DNA of 64,000 nucleotides, taken from assembly GCA_963718285.1 (NCBI GenBank), contig CAVQYU010000004.1:86838-150837 (forward strand), written 5' to 3'. The notes beneath the pieces were generated by a model, which was given only the letters and a program-made list of their open reading frames with translations, was not told where the DNA came from and made no database searches. The DNA comes from an uncultured Chloroflexia bacterium (lineage in GTDB: Bacteria; Chloroflexota; Limnocylindria; Limnocylindrales; CSP1-4). Of this stretch, positions 59,854-64,000 are shown one piece after another; positions within the stretch are counted from its first letter, which is position 1; every line of letters begins with the position of its first letter. Made by a program: the position numbers and the translations under genes.

Positions 59854-59974
59854 GCACCGCGGCGAGGCCGCAGTTGACCCCGAGATCGGGACGTAACTCA
59901 AAGACCCGAAATGATGGACCGGACGGGCTCTGCTGCCCGACCGGCACCTCGACAGATGGAGTGAAGGCGCTCAC

Positions 59975-61171
<1,197 letters not shown>

Positions 61172-61177
61172 GACGAC

Positions 61178-61342
61178 ATGGCCAAGACCGAGAACCGGCC
61201 GGTGATCCTGCTGGCCTGCACCGAGTGCAAGGAACGGACCTACACCACGCGCAAGAACAAGAAGAACGATCCCAACCGGCTCGAGCTTCGGAAGTATTGT
61301 CCGCGTGATCGTCGGCACACCCTCCACCGGGAGGCCAAGTAG
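61178..61342 (+). CDS. rpmG: 50S ribosomal protein L33
   Basis: [54 protein letters not shown] (below the ORF-track size cutoff). Confidence 0.95.
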   Translation: MAKTENRPVILLACTECKERTYTTRKNKKNDPNRLELRKYCPRDRRHTLHREAK

Positions 61343-61353
61343 CGATCCACCGG

Positions 61354-61430
61354 AGGCGCGTAGCTCAATTTGGCAGAGCTCTGGTCTCCAAAACCAGTGG
61401 TTGTCGGTTCGAGTCCGGCCGCGCCTGCCA
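61354..61430 (+). tRNA. tRNA-Trp(CCA)
   Basis: Anticodon loop CTCCAAA; located between rpmG and secE. Confidence 0.96.
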
Positions 61431-61472
61431 CATCCCACCCACATCCGTAGCCCCAGAGAAGGCACCATCCCC

Positions 61473-61664
61473 GTGATCCAACGCTTCCGTCGATATCTCG
61501 ACGAGTCGTGGTCCGAACTGAAGAAGGTCACCTGGCCCACCCGCCAGCAGACGATCAACCTGACGGTGCTCGTGTTCGTCGTCAGCCTGGTCGTGGGCGT
61601 CTTCATCTCGATCTTCGACTTCATCTTCAGCCAGGGCCTGACCCTGCTGAGCGGGCTCGGCTGA
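61473..61664 (+). CDS. secE: Preprotein translocase SecE
   Basis: ELKKVTWP followed by a TM helix. Confidence 0.93.
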   Translation: MIQRFRRYLDESWSELKKVTWPTRQQTINLTVLVFVVSLVVGVFISIFDFIFSQGLTLLSGLG

Positions 61665-61665
61665 G

Positions 61666-62244
61666 ATGACCGACATGACGACCGAGACGCGGATCCCCGC
61701 GCCGGAGAAGCACTGGTACGTGATCCACACGTACTCGGGCTACGAGAACAAGGTCAAGGCCAACCTCGAGCACCGGATCGAATCGATGGGCATGGAGGAC
61801 CGGATCTTCCAGGTGCTCGTCCCGATGGAGGACGAGATCGAGATCCGGCAGGGCCAGCGCCACACCGTCCAGAAGAAGGTCTACCCGGGCTACGTCCTGG
61901 TCGAGATGATCCTCGACCCCGACTCCTGGTTCGTCGTCCGCAACACGCCGGGCGTGACCAGCTTCGTCGGTGGCGGCAACATCCCCGGCCAGCGCAACGA
62001 GCCGATCCCGCTGGCCGAGCACGAAGTCAAGCAGATCCTCCGGACCATGGGCGTCGAGACACCCAAGTACCGGGTCGCCTTCACCAAGGGCCAGAGCGTG
62101 CGCGTCACTGATGGCCCATTCGCCGAGTTCATCGGCACCGTCGACGAGGTCAACCCCGAGCGCAACAAGGTGAAGGTCCTCGTCAGCATCTTCGGCCGGG
62201 AGACCCCAGTCGAGCTCGACTTCCTGCAGGTCGAGAAGCTCTGA
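61666..62244 (+). CDS. nusG: Transcription factor NusG
   Basis: [15 protein letters not shown] and [17 protein letters not shown]. Confidence 0.97.
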   Translation: MTDMTTETRIPAPEKHWYVIHTYSGYENKVKANLEHRIESMGMEDRIFQVLVPMEDEIEIRQGQRHTVQKKVYPGYVLVEMILDPDSWFVVRNTPGVTSFVGGGNIPGQRNEPIPLAEHEVKQILRTMGVETPKYRVAFTKGQSVRVTDGPFAEFIGTVDEVNPERNKVKVLVSIFGRETPVELDFLQVEKL

Positions 62245-62288
62245 CCATTCCCGCCCCCGGGCGGACCTGACCGAGAGGCGCAACAACC

Positions 62289-62714
62289 GTGGCCAAGAAG
62301 ATCCGCATCGTGCTCACCCTGCAGCTGCCCGCTGGCAAGGCCACCCCGGCCCCGCCGGTCGGGACGGCCCTGGGCCCGCACGGCATCAACATCGTCGAAT
62401 TCACCAAGTCCTACAACGAGAAGACTGCCGACAAGGCCGGCCAGATCATCCCGGCCCAGATCACCGTCTTCGAGGATCGCTCGTTCTCGTTCGTGCTCAA
62501 GACGCCACCCGCGGCCGACCTCCTGCGCAAGGCGGCCGGCCTGGACAAGGGCGGCGCGACGCCCAAGCGCGAGACCGTGGGCAAGGTCACCCGTGACCAG
62601 CTGCGCGAGATCGCCGCGGTCAAGATGGTCGACCTGAACGCCAACGACGTCGACGCGGCGGCCCGCCAGATCGAGGGCACCGCCCGGAGCATGGGCATCG
62701 AGGTCATCGGCTAG
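62289..62714 (+). CDS. rplK: 50S ribosomal protein L11
   Basis: [15 protein letters not shown] and GTARSMG. Confidence 0.98.
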   Translation: MAKKIRIVLTLQLPAGKATPAPPVGTALGPHGINIVEFTKSYNEKTADKAGQIIPAQITVFEDRSFSFVLKTPPAADLLRKAAGLDKGGATPKRETVGKVTRDQLREIAAVKMVDLNANDVDAAARQIEGTARSMGIEVIG

Positions 62715-62815
62715 CCCGCCCGGCACTCAGCAACCTGCCAGCCGGCGGCCTGCCGGCCGTCCACCCCGCGCCAGGGGAAGGTGGGACCGCTCACCGCAGC
62801 AAAGGGAACAACAGC

Positions 62816-63523
62816 ATGGCTCACGGCAAGAAATATCGCGAGGTCGCCAAGCTGGTCGATCACGACCAGGTCTATCCGCCGGCCGAGGCCGTCGACCTGC
62901 TCAAGCAGACGAGCGTGGTCAACTTCGACCCGACGGTCGAGGCCCACGTCAGGCTGGGCGTCGATCCGCGCCACGCCGACCAGATGGTCCGGGGCACCGT
63001 CGTCCTGCCGCACGGCACGGGCAAGGTCGTCCGGGTCGCCGTCTTCGCCCAGGGCGAGAAGGCCCAGGAGGCGCTCCGCGGCGGGGCCGACGAGGTCGGG
63101 GCCGAGGACCTGGTCAAGAAGATCGAAGCCGGCTGGCTCGAGTTCGACGTCGCCCTGGCCACGCCGGACACAATGGGCATGGTCGGCCGGTTGGGCAAGA
63201 TCCTGGGCCGGCGCGGGCTCATGCCCAATCCCAAGTCGGGCACGATCACGTTCGACATCGAACGCGCCCTTCGCGAGGTCAAGGCCGGCCGGGTCGAGTT
63301 CAAGGTGGACAAGGGCGGGATCATCCATGTCCCGTTCGGCAAGGCCGGCTTCAGCCAGGCCGACCTGAACGAGAACCTGGCAGCCCTGCTCGATGCGATC
63401 AACCGGGCCAAGCCCGCCGGAGCCAAGGGCCACTATCTCCAGGGCCTGACCATTGCCAGTACGATGGGCCCCGGAATCCGGGTTGACGTGCCCGCCCTCC
63501 TGGCGGCTGCCGCCGCGGCCTGA
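62816..63523 (+). CDS. rplA: 50S ribosomal protein L1
   Basis: LPHGTGK, GLMPNPK and STMGPG. Confidence 0.98.
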   Translation: MAHGKKYREVAKLVDHDQVYPPAEAVDLLKQTSVVNFDPTVEAHVRLGVDPRHADQMVRGTVVLPHGTGKVVRVAVFAQGEKAQEALRGGADEVGAEDLVKKIEAGWLEFDVALATPDTMGMVGRLGKILGRRGLMPNPKSGTITFDIERALREVKAGRVEFKVDKGGIIHVPFGKAGFSQADLNENLAALLDAINRAKPAGAKGHYLQGLTIASTMGPGIRVDVPALLAAAAAA

Positions 63524-63599
63524 CCGCCGGCCCCCCACCATACGCGGTGACGCGTTCGATCAGGGATCGGACGGCGCCACCTGACAACTGAACAACGAC

Positions 63600-63745
63600 G
63601 GACGCCCAAGACAGCCTGCGCCCGCGGACCGCGCCTCACGCCAATCGGCGGGGGAGCGGTCGGGGCTTGAACCGCCGAACGGATCGGTGCCGGAATGACC
63701 GGCCCGGGGACGCCGGCGAGCACGCCAAGGCAGGACGAGCCTCCC
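63600..63745 (+). promoter_or_regulatory. L10 leader (rplJ autoregulatory RNA)
   Basis: CCCAAGACAG..CTGC..GGCTTGAA..GCAGGACGAG pattern in the rplA-rplJ spacer. Confidence 0.55.
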
Positions 63746-63863
63746 AGGCGGGAGTGCGTCGACCCCTGCAGACGCGATTGGACCGTCGCAGGGGCAGAGC
63801 CAGCCACGGCCGGCTCCGCACCGCCGCCGCGCGCCGGCTGCGCGCCAGACATCGGAGGTATGC

Positions 63864-64000
63864 ATGCCAACCGAGGCCAAGCGGGAGACCGTGGCCGAGC
63901 TGCGCGAGGAGCTCTCGCGCAACCCGACCCTGATCGTCTCGGAATACCGGGGCCTCACCGTCAGCGAGCTGGCCGAGATCCGGCGCGCCCTGCGCAAGCA
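63864..64000 (+). CDS. rplJ: 50S ribosomal protein L10 (3' truncated)
   Basis: GGAGGT RBS; MPTEAKRETVAEL...EYRGLTVSELAEIRRALR. Confidence 0.95.
   Translation, partial: MPTEAKRETVAELREELSRNPTLIVSEYRGLTVSELAEIRRALRK

Overview
This is a high-GC, mostly housekeeping chromosomal window. The 16S features and gene style suggest Chloroflexota, probably Limnocylindria/Ellin6529-like (inference). Gene order: hppA-uppP-argR-greA-class I lysS-serS-tRNA-Ser; a small accessory block (Pro/Ser-rich surface protein, orphan Flp pilin, Cys-rich proteins); a Trp T-box-controlled trp operon converging on a complete shikimate operon that has a Phe/Tyr leader-peptide attenuator; tRNA-Ser/tRNA-Arg(GCG); a methyltransferase, a MurJ-peptidase fusion, an SH3 membrane protein and a PPi-type PFK; a TadA homolog lacking the catalytic Glu, two tRNA-Ser, SRP RNA, dnaX-ybaB-recR; a full rrn operon; LysM, fpg, rpsA, clpC-radA-PIN/TRAM-ispDF-cysS-rlmB; and tRNAs, tuf-rpmG-secE-nusG-rplK-rplA-rplJ. 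Many genes in 1-37.5 kb, including essential ones, carry single-base indels. I read these as long-read assembly errors, so those CDS coordinates span frameshifts. Top leads: (1) tRNA-Arg with a GCG anticodon together with a retained but apparently catalytically dead TadA; (2) the aro-operon attenuator MHTLFFTYQRPA; (3) MurJ fused to an exported Cys-His-Asp peptidase-like domain; (4) a probable TrpC-TrpF-TrpB fusion; (5) a 150-175 bp inverted-repeat element family beside tRNA-Ser genes.
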